NCBI GenBank assembly: GCA_024696825.1
Contig: JAILGL010000004.1
Location: 23,433-87,432 of the forward strand
DNA from: Lachnospiraceae bacterium
GTDB taxonomy: Bacteria > Bacillota > Clostridia > Lachnospirales > Lachnospiraceae
DNA length: 64,000 nucleotides
Direction: 5' to 3'
Shown here: positions 9,313 to 18,426 of the stretch, in pieces
Position numbering within the stretch: position 1 is the first letter of the stretch
Layout: each line of letters opens with the position of its first letter
Program-made: the position numbers and the translations under genes
Notes under the pieces: generated by a model
Databases searched by the model: none
Told to the model about the DNA's origin: nothing
The model's input: the letters and a program-made list of their open reading frames with translations, nothing else

Positions 9313-9406
9313 TAAATGTAATTTATTCTTAGACTGTTTTATTAGCTTAAGCTTATCTTTTGGCCTGGATAATATATAGTTTATATTTCATTTTGATTTC
9401 TTAAAT

Positions 9407-10717
9407 TTATCTTTCTGTCTGAATGATATAAGCTGTATATGCAGGGATTGTAAGGCCTCCGCCAAAATCAATCTTTTCCCCTGTTATAAGGTCGATACCC
9501 ATTCCGGCTCTTGCATTAAAGTCAGCTGTATATTCGCAGTCAGAAGCATTTATAGCTACGATAGCTCTGTCATCTTCACATTCTCTTTCAAAAATCATCT
9601 GCTGATTAGTGAGAACCAGAGACTTATAATCACCGTAAGAAAGAGCTTTGGACTTGTGTCTTGCATTTGAAAGTCCTGCGATAAATTCAGTAAGCTCGGT
9701 CCATTCAGGTTTTTCAAATGAAGGTCTTAAGGCAGGATCACCCTCGCTCTTATCGCCCTTTACACCCCACTCACTTCCGTAATAAACTCTTGGAATACCA
9801 GGCATTCCGTAAATTAATGCATAGGCAAGTGGAAGATGCTTCTCATTATTTAAAATGCTTGCAATCCTTGATACATCGTGGTTATCCACAAATGAAATCA
9901 TATGGAGTCCCTTATAGAGAGTCCAAGGTTCAGGTCCAAACTGTCTTAAAAGTGAATGGCCGATTTCAAAAAGATTCATACTGTTAAGTGCAGAATGAAT
10001 ACCCTTGTAGCACTCATAGTTAGTAGTGCTGTGGCACATTTCATCATTCATTATCTGCTTATAATCTCCATGGAGCATTTCACCCTCCAAGAAGAATTCA
10101 TCCTTCCATGAATCACAGGCGCTTCTAAGTCTCTTAAGGAAGTTTCTGTCAACCATATAAGCTACATCAAGTCTTAATCCATCAATGTCAAATTCGTCAA
10201 TCCAGAATTTAACGCTTTCCAAAAGGTAATTTACAACAGCCTCATTTGAAAGATTTAATTTTACAAGGTCGAAATTACCTTCCCAGCCCTCGTACCAAAA
10301 GCCGTCGTTATAATTAGAATTACCGTCAAAGCTTAGGTAGAACCAATCCTTATATTCTGAATCCCATTTCTTTTCCTGCACGTCCTTAAAGCCGAAAAAG
10401 CCTCTTCCAACGTGGTTAAATACTCCGTCTAAAACCACCTTAATATCGGCCTCATGCAGCTTCTCACATACCTTTTTAAAATCCTCATTAGTTCCGATAC
10501 GAGTATCGATTTTTCTATAGTCTCTTGTATTATATCCATGAGTGTCGGATTCAAATAGAGGAGAAAAATATACTGCATCAATTCCCAGCTTCTTCATATG
10601 CTCTATCCAATCCAAAACCTTAAGAATGTTGTGTGTCTGGATACCATCATTTTCAAATGGAGCGCCACAAAAACCTAAAGGATATATCTGGTAAAACACT
10701 TTTTCATAAGCCCACAT
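9407..10717 (-). CDS. Cytoplasmic GH13 alpha-amylase-family enzyme (alpha-glucosidase or neopullulanase-like)
   Basis: 436 aa, no signal peptide. All four GH13 regions are intact: DGVFNH, DGLRLDVA, LEGEMLHG, FVDNHD. SD AAGGAG upstream. Confidence 0.85.
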   Translation of the reverse strand: MWAYEKVFYQIYPLGFCGAPFENDGIQTHNILKVLDWIEHMKKLGIDAVYFSPLFESDTHGYNTRDYRKIDTRIGTNEDFKKVCEKLHEADIKVVLDGVFNHVGRGFFGFKDVQEKKWDSEYKDWFYLSFDGNSNYNDGFWYEGWEGNFDLVKLNLSNEAVVNYLLESVKFWIDEFDIDGLRLDVAYMVDRNFLKRLRSACDSWKDEFFLEGEMLHGDYKQIMNDEMCHSTTNYECYKGIHSALNSMNLFEIGHSLLRQFGPEPWTLYKGLHMISFVDNHDVSRIASILNNEKHLPLAYALIYGMPGIPRVYYGSEWGVKGDKSEGDPALRPSFEKPEWTELTEFIAGLSNARHKSKALSYGDYKSLVLTNQQMIFERECEDDRAIVAINASDCEYTADFNARAGMGIDLITGEKIDFGGGLTIPAYTAYIIQTER

Positions 10718-10877
10718 AAATCATGTCTCCTTTCCTTTATGATTAATATATCATACATAATATCACAAATATTTACTTGTAATCCGCACAATAAATATAA
10801 TTATGATGAATAATAACCATAATTCTTAATAACAGACACTACGATAACATAAAATGGGAAATATAGCAAATTTAGCC

Positions 10878-10906
10878 TTTAATCATTGGGTAATAAATGG
10901 TATAAT
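10878..10906 (+). promoter_or_regulatory. Candidate promoter with an extended -10 for the RbsD/FucU gene
   Basis: TGgTATAAT at 10898-10906. The -35 is weak (TTTAAT, 10878-10883). The ORF-track start at 10886 falls inside this element. Confidence 0.45.
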
Positions 10907-10999
10907 CAAGGGCAGAGCGCATTGCGAATGCGGCATGGTTTTAATTTAATTAGGAGTGCTAAGGATTACAAACCCTTAGATTCCGGATTGGAGACAAAT

Positions 11000-11434
11000 A
11001 TGTTAAAAGGAATACCAAAGATATTATCACCTGAGTTACTTAAGATTCTCTGTGAAATGGGTCACAGCGACAGAATAGTTATAGGAGACGGCAACTTCCC
11101 TGCAGAGTCCATGGGAAAGGATGCTTATGTTATCAGAATGGATGGACATAATGTGCCTGAGATTCTCGATGCCATTCTTACAGTATTTCCACTGGATACC
11201 TATGTGGAGAAGCCTGTAAATCTTATGGAGGTTATGCCTGGTGATACAGTAGAAACTCCTATTTGGGATGAGTATGAAAAGGTAGTTAGTAAGCATGACG
11301 AAAGAGGAAAGGACGCCATCGGAACCATTGAAAGATTCAAGTTCTACGAGGAGTCTAAAAAGGCTTATGCTATAATTGCCACAGGTGAAAGTGCATTGTA
11401 TGCCAATATCATTTTACAAAAGGGTGTAGTTTAA
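11000..11434 (+). CDS. RbsD/FucU family sugar mutarotase
   Basis: MLKGIPKILSPELLKILCEMGHSDRIVIGDGNFP matches the RbsD/FucU N-terminus. ATG 11000 lies 6 nt after GGAG (10990-10993). The longer track ORF (10886) has no SD. Confidence 0.8.
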   Translation: MLKGIPKILSPELLKILCEMGHSDRIVIGDGNFPAESMGKDAYVIRMDGHNVPEILDAILTVFPLDTYVEKPVNLMEVMPGDTVETPIWDEYEKVVSKHDERGKDAIGTIERFKFYEESKKAYAIIATGESALYANIILQKGVV

Positions 11435-11466
11435 TATAGCATATAAAAATATAAAATGAGGTTTTT

Positions 11467-11970
11467 ATGACAAGATACGAATTTTTAAATGAGTTAAGAC
11501 AGGCTCTTAGCGGTAACATTTCAGACAGCGAGATAGAAGATAACATTCGCTACTATGAGGATTATTTTAATAATTCCGGTAAGAGCGATGAAGAGGTTAT
11601 AAATGAACTTGGAGATCCAAGACTTATCGCCCGCTCCATCATTGATTCCGGTGAAGGCGACGGCGGAAGACCTCATACTTTCTATACTTCATCTGAGGAA
11701 AGCTATTCTAATAGTTCTTCCGAAAGTGAAGAGAGCGGAAAGAAAAAAAGTGCCAGTGGCATGGAACTGTTTTTAAAAATGTTTTTAGACAGAGAAGAAA
11801 TGACTCTCTGGGAGAAAATTAAATTTTGGACTATAGTAATACTTGCAATGGCTGTGGTAGTTGCAGTTGCCATACTTATAGTAAAAGCTATGGTTCAGAT
11901 AGTTATACCGATACTTATAATTGTATTTATTATAGGACTCGTGGTATCCCTATTTTCAGGTCGGGATTAA
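11467..11970 (+). CDS. DUF1700-type membrane protein
   Basis: The N-terminus MTRYEFLNELRQALSGNISDSEIEDNIRYYEDYF is typical of DUF1700. There is an acidic Ser-rich linker and a C-terminal hydrophobic segment. No adjacent PadR-type regulator. Confidence 0.65.
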   Translation: MTRYEFLNELRQALSGNISDSEIEDNIRYYEDYFNNSGKSDEEVINELGDPRLIARSIIDSGEGDGGRPHTFYTSSEESYSNSSSESEESGKKKSASGMELFLKMFLDREEMTLWEKIKFWTIVILAMAVVVAVAILIVKAMVQIVIPILIIVFIIGLVVSLFSGRD

Positions 11971-12067
11971 CCCGGAAGAAATGTTTGAAATATTAAAAGC
12001 ATTTGGAAATGTTTGAAATATTTGGAAATATTTATAATATTTAAAATGTTTAGAAATGGGGAACATC

Positions 12068-12490
12068 ATGAATAAGTCGATATTAGATACATTTGGAAAA
12101 AACGCCCTGCCTGCTGACAGGTATTCATCCCTGACCCTGGCTTATATAGGCGATTCCGTGTATGAGGTAGTGGTTAGAAGCTTAGTAATTGCCGAGAGCG
12201 ACAAAAGGGTGAATATGCTGAACAAAAAGTCCAGCAGTCTTGTAAAGGCCCATACCCAGTGTGAGATGGTCAAATGTATAGAAGAGATACTTACGGCTGA
12301 GGAAGCTGATGTCTACAAACGCGGCAGAAATGCCAAGAGTCAGACCATTGCGAAAAATGCGTCGGTGCACGATTACAGAAATGCAACGGGTTTTGAAGCA
12401 TTGATAGGCTACCTATATCTCACAGGTAAAGAAGAGAGAATATATGAGCTTGTAAAATATGCATTTGATAAGCTTGAAATTACGCCTTGA
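12068..12490 (+). CDS. mrnC: Mini-ribonuclease III
   Basis: LAYIGDSVYEVVVR catalytic motif, about 140 aa, located upstream of rlmB and sigH as in other Firmicutes. The start is ambiguous between ATG 12056 and ATG 12068. Confidence 0.85.
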   Translation: MNKSILDTFGKNALPADRYSSLTLAYIGDSVYEVVVRSLVIAESDKRVNMLNKKSSSLVKAHTQCEMVKCIEEILTAEEADVYKRGRNAKSQTIAKNASVHDYRNATGFEALIGYLYLTGKEERIYELVKYAFDKLEITP

Positions 12491-12541
12491 TTACAGGTTT
12501 AAGAGTATAGAAATTAAGATTTTAAAAATTAAGAGGTTAAA

Positions 12542-13318
12542 GTGAAGGATTTTAAGGATAGAGATTTTAAAAATAAAGAGATCGATGAGAATTTGATCGA
12601 AGGGAAAAATGCCATTATCGAGGCCTTTCGTTCAGGAAAGACAGTTGATAAATTATATGTGCTAAAGGATGCCAATACTCCTGCGGTGCAAAGTGTACTT
12701 AGAGAAGCTAAGAAAAATGATACCATCGTTACATTTACTGACAAGGTAAGACTTGATCACATGAGTGCTACGGGAAAGCACCAGGGCTTAATTGCCAGGG
12801 TATCAGCTTATGAGTACAGTGAGGTAGAGGACATTTTGGAAAATGCAAGGAAAAAGGATGAGCCTCCATTTGTAATTATTTGCGATGGAATAGTTGATCC
12901 TCATAACTTGGGTTCCATTATAAGAACTACCAATCTTGTGGGAGCTCACGGAGTAATTGTTCCAAAGAGAAATGCAGTGGGCCTTACATCAGTAGTTGTT
13001 AAGGCTTCGGCAGGGGCCATTAATTATACACCGGTTGCCAAGGTTACAAACATTTCAAGAACCATTGAAGAACTTAAAAAAGAGGGACTTTGGTTTGTTT
13101 GTGCGGACATGAGCGGAGCGCCTATGTATGATTTGGATTTGAAGGGTCCAATCGGCCTTGTAATAGGCAATGAGGGGGAAGGCGTAAGCAGACTGGTTAG
13201 AGAAAAATGTGATTTCACCGCAAAGATTCCTATGAAGGGTGATATCGATTCATTAAATGCGTCTGTTGCAATGGGTGTATTGTCCTATGAAATTTTAAGA
13301 CAGCGTTTGAATGGCTAA
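12542..13318 (+). CDS. rlmB: 23S rRNA (guanosine-2'-O)-methyltransferase, TrmH/SpoU family
   Basis: 258 aa with SpoU motifs DPHNLGSIIRT and GNEGEGVSRLV. GTG start 5 nt after AAGAGG. Conserved mrnC-rlmB-sigH context. Confidence 0.88.
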   Translation: MKDFKDRDFKNKEIDENLIEGKNAIIEAFRSGKTVDKLYVLKDANTPAVQSVLREAKKNDTIVTFTDKVRLDHMSATGKHQGLIARVSAYEYSEVEDILENARKKDEPPFVIICDGIVDPHNLGSIIRTTNLVGAHGVIVPKRNAVGLTSVVVKASAGAINYTPVAKVTNISRTIEELKKEGLWFVCADMSGAPMYDLDLKGPIGLVIGNEGEGVSRLVREKCDFTAKIPMKGDIDSLNASVAMGVLSYEILRQRLNG

Positions 13319-13376
13319 TGCTTAAAATTACTTAGGGTTTGTATCAAAAAGTAGTTTTTTATATATCGGGGGTGCA

Positions 13377-13991
13377 ATGAAAAAGAATATAAATACAGAT
13401 ACAATTAAAGATATGGATAACGAATATATTTTGAGGGCGAAGGATAATGATGAGGAAGCTGTCAATTATCTTTTGAATAAATACAAATATATAGTTAATT
13501 ATTTTGTGCGAAATCTTTATATTCAGGGTGCAGAAAAGGATGATTTAATTCAGGAGGGAATGATAGGACTTTTCCTCGCTATATTTAAATATAATCCTGA
13601 GAAAAATGCTACATTTAGAACCTTTGCATCCACCTGTATACGCAATAAGCTTTACAATGCAATCGAGAAGGCTGCAGGAAAAAATAATAGTTTTTTAAAC
13701 AGCTACATTTCACTTAATCCGGATAACAGCGACGGAGATAATTCTAATATGGGAATTGAGGATATCGAAGACAGCAGTCAGAATCCGGAGCAGAAATATG
13801 TAGAAGCTAATACGGATTTAATTCCGCCTGAAGTTGTTGCAAAGTTTAGTGAATTTGAAAAGCAGGTTTTTAAATATTTAAGACAGGGGTTAAACTACAG
13901 AGAAATTGCTGAAAAAGTGGAGAAGCCGGCAAAATCTGTGGATAATGCGATTCAAAGAATTAGGGGAAAAATCGTAAAATACATGAAGTAA
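13377..13991 (+). CDS. sigH: RNA polymerase sigma-H factor (sigma-70 family, group 3/ECF-like size)
   Basis: 204 aa. Region 2 reads DLIQEGMIGLFLAIFKYNPEKNATFRTFASTCIRNKL. C-terminal HTH YREIAEKVEKPAKSVDNAIQRIRGK. Position downstream of rlmB. Confidence 0.8.
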   Translation: MKKNINTDTIKDMDNEYILRAKDNDEEAVNYLLNKYKYIVNYFVRNLYIQGAEKDDLIQEGMIGLFLAIFKYNPEKNATFRTFASTCIRNKLYNAIEKAAGKNNSFLNSYISLNPDNSDGDNSNMGIEDIEDSSQNPEQKYVEANTDLIPPEVVAKFSEFEKQVFKYLRQGLNYREIAEKVEKPAKSVDNAIQRIRGKIVKYMK

Positions 13992-14020
13992 TAATTATAA
14001 TTTTTATAGATGGAGGAATT

Positions 14021-15436
14021 ATGAGAAAGACAAAAATAATATGTACCATAGGACCAGCAAGTGAATCCCCAGAAGTACTTGAGAAGCTTATGAAGGAAGG
14101 CATGAATGTTGCCAGACTTAACTTTTCTCATGGTAATTATGAAGAGCATAAAGCTAAGATGGATACTATCAAAAAGCTTAGAGAAAAGCTTGACATTCCT
14201 GTTGCAACTCTTCTTGATACTAAGGGCCCTGAAATCAGAATTTGCAACTTTAAGGATAAAAAGGTAAACCTTAAAAAAGGTCAGAAATTCACCCTTACAC
14301 CTCGTGATGTGGAGGGAGATGAAACCATTGTAAGTATTACCTATAAAAAGCTTGCCAGCGATTTAAAATGTGGCGATACAATTCTTATAGATGACGGACT
14401 TGTAGAGCTTACAGTTGATAGCATTAAAAATGGCGACATTATCTGTACCGTAGAAAATTCAGGACCTATCTCAGATAAAAAGGGCGTAAATCTCCCTGGA
14501 GTATCCGTGAAAATGCCTTTCATGAGTGAAAAGGACAGAAAGGACATTATCTTTGGTATAGAGAATGACGTTGATTATATAGCTGCATCCTTTACCAGAT
14601 GTGCCGATGACATTAAGCAGATGAAATGGCTTCTTTCAGAGCACGGCGGCGAGGATATAAAGGTTATTGCAAAGATTGAAAATCACGAAGGAATTAATAA
14701 CATAGACGAAATTACAGAGGTTGCTGACGGTATAATGGTTGCCAGAGGAGACATGGGTGTAGAGCTTCCATTAGAGGAAGTACCTATTCTTCAGAAGCAT
14801 ATTATCAGCAAGGTTTGTAATGCCGGAAAGCCTGTAATTATAGCTACTCAGATGTTGGATTCCATGATGAATAATCCAAGACCTACAAGAGCAGAAACTG
14901 CAGACGTAGCAAATGCAATCTATGATGGAACCAGTGCAATCATGCTTTCAGGTGAAACCGCAAGCGGAAAGTTCCCTATAAAGGCAGTAAAGGTTATGCA
15001 TATGATAGCTGAAAAAACTGAGCACGATATTAATTACGTTAAGAGATTTTTCGGCACAGACAGAGAAGCTAACCCTGATGTAACAGATGCTATCTGTCAC
15101 GCTACCTGTACTACAGCTTTAGACCTTAATGCCAAGGCTATCGTATCCGTTACTGAGTCAGGAAGAAGCGCAAGAATGGTATCCAAATATAAACCGGCCT
15201 GCATGATTATCGGCTGTACCACAAGTGAAAAGGCCTACAGACAGTTAAGTCTTAACTGGGGCGTAACTCCTATTATGGTTGAAGAAAAGGACGACGTACT
15301 GGAGCTTTTCAACTATGCCATAGATGAAGCTAAAAAATGCGGACTTGTGGAAAGCGGAGATGTTACAGTTATGACCTCAGGCGTTCCAATCGGTGTATCC
15401 GGAACCACTAATATGCTTAAGGTTCAGATAGTATAA
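14021..15436 (+). CDS. pyk: Pyruvate kinase
   Basis: 471 aa. MRKTKIICTIGPAS, NFSHG, MVARGDMGVE. SD GGAGG. Confidence 0.95.
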   Translation: MRKTKIICTIGPASESPEVLEKLMKEGMNVARLNFSHGNYEEHKAKMDTIKKLREKLDIPVATLLDTKGPEIRICNFKDKKVNLKKGQKFTLTPRDVEGDETIVSITYKKLASDLKCGDTILIDDGLVELTVDSIKNGDIICTVENSGPISDKKGVNLPGVSVKMPFMSEKDRKDIIFGIENDVDYIAASFTRCADDIKQMKWLLSEHGGEDIKVIAKIENHEGINNIDEITEVADGIMVARGDMGVELPLEEVPILQKHIISKVCNAGKPVIIATQMLDSMMNNPRPTRAETADVANAIYDGTSAIMLSGETASGKFPIKAVKVMHMIAEKTEHDINYVKRFFGTDREANPDVTDAICHATCTTALDLNAKAIVSVTESGRSARMVSKYKPACMIIGCTTSEKAYRQLSLNWGVTPIMVEEKDDVLELFNYAIDEAKKCGLVESGDVTVMTSGVPIGVSGTTNMLKVQIV

Positions 15437-16287
15437 GCTTGTGAAACAGTTTTAGCAGTTTTAGCAGCTTTAATATATTCGATTTTATCGTAAAGAATAG
15501 CGGCAGTTCGCCTCATTTCTTTTATAAAATAACGAGTTTCAGGAATAGGAGAGTTAATGTTGTTTTGTACTACAAAACGCATTAGTTCTCCTTTTTTAAT
15601 GCTTCGCTCAAATTCATGATCATAAGGAACAAGACCTATATACCTCTCCGGAACCTTTAATACATGGGTAATTTCCTCAAGGTTCGGATGATTTTCAGGG
15701 TCATACTTACCCACCAAAAAAATGGATTTATAGGTAAGAGAGGAATAGGTGTCCAGATAATCAAATATATCTGCAAAGCTTTGATCTATGCATACTACCA
15801 CCAAATCAGCAGTAGAAAGAATTTTATTAGTTGTAATATTAGAAGAGGATTCTGTGTCTGTGAATACAGCATAAGAACGGTTCTCGAGATACATATAGAG
15901 TTTATCCATAACGATGTTAAATTCGTAGTCAAAAATCTCTTTATTTACCAGATAACTTTGTGGAAAATAATACAGTCCTGAATTAGAAACTGAAACCGAA
16001 GATTCGTCAAATGTACTGTCATCGGTACAGTCGGTATAAAGGTTTCGAATGAGGTATTCTATTCCATATTTACTGCAGTATTTTCCCTTCTCATATAAGG
16101 CATTAATTTTCTCCGGAGGGAGAAAATAATTCCCTACATTTCTGGGATTAAAATGATTTTCCAAAAGAGAAATATGCTTACCATATACTGAATTAAGCAT
16201 AGCTGCACAAACAGCCATATTAGAGCTTACACATGCCTTTTCTTTTATCTTACTCCAAAATGCAATATTAATAATGACCACCTCCAA
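15424..16287 (-). CDS. Hypothetical protein with a ParA/MinD-like fold pattern but a degenerate Walker A
   Basis: 287-aa ORF in an AT-rich genome, so unlikely to be chance. Its layout follows the ParA/MinD order: beta1-loop-helix VIINIAFWSKIKEKACVSSNMAVCAAML, then YAVFTDTES, then ADLVVVCIDQS, then LVPYDHEFERSIKKGE. The KGGxGK[ST] loop is absent. The start is uncertain (see findings). The 3' end overlaps pyk by 13 nt. Confidence 0.6.
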   Translation of the reverse strand: MEVVIINIAFWSKIKEKACVSSNMAVCAAMLNSVYGKHISLLENHFNPRNVGNYFLPPEKINALYEKGKYCSKYGIEYLIRNLYTDCTDDSTFDESSVSVSNSGLYYFPQSYLVNKEIFDYEFNIVMDKLYMYLENRSYAVFTDTESSSNITTNKILSTADLVVVCIDQSFADIFDYLDTYSSLTYKSIFLVGKYDPENHPNLEEITHVLKVPERYIGLVPYDHEFERSIKKGELMRFVVQNNINSPIPETRYFIKEMRRTAAILYDKIEYIKAAKTAKTVSQAYTI

Positions 16288-16588
16288 AATGTTATACGAT
16301 ATAAATAATTTATATATAGCAATTAAAATTTAGTTGGAAAAGATAAAACAGATCTGTTTAATCGAGTATAAATTTTTTTAGAAAAGTCTTACAAATATTC
16401 TTATAAAATACTTATAAAAAGATCTTCAAAAAAAGTTATAAATAGAAAATTGAATTAATTCATGAGTAAATAATAGCACCGCAAAAACCCTAAAGTAAAG
16501 CAGAAATTTTCCAATTTGAAAATTTTGTAAAAACCGCACAATTGCCCTTTAATTTTTTTGTTGAAAATGCCGAATATTATTTTTGGTC

Positions 16589-16617
16589 TTGACAGTGAAA
16601 TGGGATGAGAGTATACT
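16589..16617 (+). promoter_or_regulatory. Sigma-A promoter of the Y-family polymerase operon
   Basis: TTGACA (16589-16594), 17 nt, TATACT (16612-16617). Confidence 0.8.
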
Positions 16618-16626
16618 ACTCTAAAA

Positions 16627-16640
16627 CGAACACAAGTTCG
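16627..16640 (+). promoter_or_regulatory. LexA operator (Firmicutes SOS/Cheo box)
   Basis: CGAACACAAGTTCG is a perfect match to CGAAC-N4-GTTCG. It starts 10 nt downstream of the -10 hexamer, so it overlaps the expected transcription start. Confidence 0.85.
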
Positions 16641-16682
16641 ATTTTAGTGATTTGCTTTTCTTGGGGGAGAAAGGAGGCTAGA

Positions 16683-17939
16683 GTGAAGAGGCAGTACATT
16701 GCCATTGATCTTAAGTCTTTTTATGCTTCCGTTGAATGCGTTGAAAGAGGCCTTGATGCATTAAGCGCGAAGTTAGTAGTAGCCGATCCGGAAAGGACGG
16801 ATAAGACCATTTGTCTTGCGGTATCGCCTGCTCTCAAAAAGCTCGGAGTAAAGAACAGATGCCGGGTTTTTGAGATACCGAAGAATATCGATTATATTAT
16901 GGCTCCACCCAGGATGCAGCTCTATATCGATTACTCGACTAAGATTTATTCGGTTTATTTACAATTTGTTTCAAGCGATGATATCCATCCCTATTCTATA
17001 GATGAAGTGTTTATGGATGTTACACATTACCTTTCCATGTATGGATTAAGTGCCAGAGAGCTTGCTGTTAAGATAATGGATAAGGTTTATAAGGAGACAG
17101 GGATTACAGCTACGGCAGGCGTAGGTACTAATCTTTATCTGGCTAAGATTGCCATGGATATAATTGCAAAGCATGACGATTCTCATATAGGAGAGCTTAC
17201 TGAAAACAGCTACATTTTAAAGCTTTGGAATCATCAACCCCTGGATGATTTCTGGATGATAGGAGGTCGTACAGCAAGTAAGCTTGCTAACATAGGTATA
17301 TTTACCATGAGAGATATTGCAAAGGCTGACAGTGAGGTTTTATATAGGATGTTTGGCATAGATGCAGAGCTTATGATTGACCATGCCTGGGGCAGGGAGA
17401 CTACCACCATGCAGGATATTAAGAATTATAGGCCTAAGTCTAACAGTCTTTCCTCAGGGCAGGTTTTATTTAGCGATTACAGCTTTGAAGAAGCTCTTAT
17501 AATAGTTAAGGAGATGACAGATAATCTTTGTCTTAGGATGATTAAGGCAGGGTTTATGACAGATAATATAAGTCTTAGTGTGGGATACTCCAGAAGCGCA
17601 GGAATTGGAGTTTCCAGAGGTTCGTGTAATATAGGTTTTCATACGGGAAGTCTGGATGTTATATTTCCCTGTATGACCGGTATCTATGAGGATATCGCCC
17701 TAAGAGATGTACCCATACGCCGCATCAGTATTTCATTTAATGATCTTAAGAGAAAGGTTTATGAGCAGTATAACCTTTTTACGGATTATGAGAAAAGAGA
17801 GAAGGAGCAGAATCTAAAGGAGGCGGTTATATACCTTAAGGGAAAGTATGGGAAGAATGCAGTTTTAAGAGGCATGAACCTCCAGGAAAAAGCTACCATG
17901 CGAGACAGAAATATGCAGATTGGAGGTCACAAAAAGTAA
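16683..17939 (+). CDS. Y-family (translesion) DNA polymerase, UvrX/YqjW-like
   Basis: IAIDLKSFYASVECV and YSIDEVFMDVT catalytic motifs. GTG 16683 lies 7 nt after AGGAGG. The track start at 16605 falls inside the promoter. Confidence 0.88.
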   Translation: MKRQYIAIDLKSFYASVECVERGLDALSAKLVVADPERTDKTICLAVSPALKKLGVKNRCRVFEIPKNIDYIMAPPRMQLYIDYSTKIYSVYLQFVSSDDIHPYSIDEVFMDVTHYLSMYGLSARELAVKIMDKVYKETGITATAGVGTNLYLAKIAMDIIAKHDDSHIGELTENSYILKLWNHQPLDDFWMIGGRTASKLANIGIFTMRDIAKADSEVLYRMFGIDAELMIDHAWGRETTTMQDIKNYRPKSNSLSSGQVLFSDYSFEEALIIVKEMTDNLCLRMIKAGFMTDNISLSVGYSRSAGIGVSRGSCNIGFHTGSLDVIFPCMTGIYEDIALRDVPIRRISISFNDLKRKVYEQYNLFTDYEKREKEQNLKEAVIYLKGKYGKNAVLRGMNLQEKATMRDRNMQIGGHKK

Positions 17940-18355
17940 TGAAGAGACATATTCCCATGGATAGAGCTAAAAGAGCTAAGCAGTTTATGCCCTTTGCTGC
18001 ACTTTCGGGCTTTGATAAAGCTATAGAGATGGCAAATGTTGAGAAATATAATAAAAGAGAGAGGGTGGTGCTTTCAGAAGAGGATGTTTTTGAGATTAAT
18101 GAAGAGTTAAAGGATGCTAAGAAGGGAGATGTTATAGAGGTTAGCTGCTATATAGATCGAGAATATAAGAGTATTATAGGTAGATTAGAGGAAATTAATT
18201 CAAACTTTGGATATATAATTGTTGATGCAGATGATATATATGAGATGGGAGGTGAAGGCTTAGTTAAAGAAGGCCATAACGTGTTTCTTAAGGAGAGAGC
18301 AAAGGAGCTTAAGATTTCCTACGAGAATATAAGAGATATTAAGGTTTGCAATTGA
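17939..18355 (+). CDS. YolD-like protein (accessory factor of Gram-positive Y-family polymerases)
   Basis: 138 aa with KQFMPFAALSGF near the N-terminus. Its start overlaps the polymerase stop (TAATG), as in uvrX-yolD and yqjW-yqzH pairs. Confidence 0.75.
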   Translation: MKRHIPMDRAKRAKQFMPFAALSGFDKAIEMANVEKYNKRERVVLSEEDVFEINEELKDAKKGDVIEVSCYIDREYKSIIGRLEEINSNFGYIIVDADDIYEMGGEGLVKEGHNVFLKERAKELKISYENIRDIKVCN

Positions 18356-18426
18356 CTATTAATTGAAAACTGATGTATAATTATAAATTGACTATTAAAC
18401 TGATTGTATCAGATTTGGAGGTAATT

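Noticed and set aside
15424-16600. Possible horizontally acquired islet (a lone minus-strand gene plus a 300-nt AT-rich spacer).
   Set aside because: Hand counts of GC on a few 60-nt lines (28-40 percent) were not clearly different from the neighbouring pyk gene (about 35 percent). There are no flanking repeats, tRNA or integrase. Acquisition cannot be supported from the sequence alone.
16605-16682. N-terminal extensions proposed by the ORF track. They affect the Y-polymerase (16605), FucU (10886), the HD hydrolase (21850), purB (36429), hypB (18373), the zinc-ribbon protein (51205), DUF4867 (55618), the ACT protein (42954), degV (5247) and pfkA (48318).
   Set aside because: In each case the extension lacks an SD and overlaps a promoter, an operator or the upstream gene. 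An internal start preceded by a good GGAGG-type SD coincides with the family-typical N-terminus.
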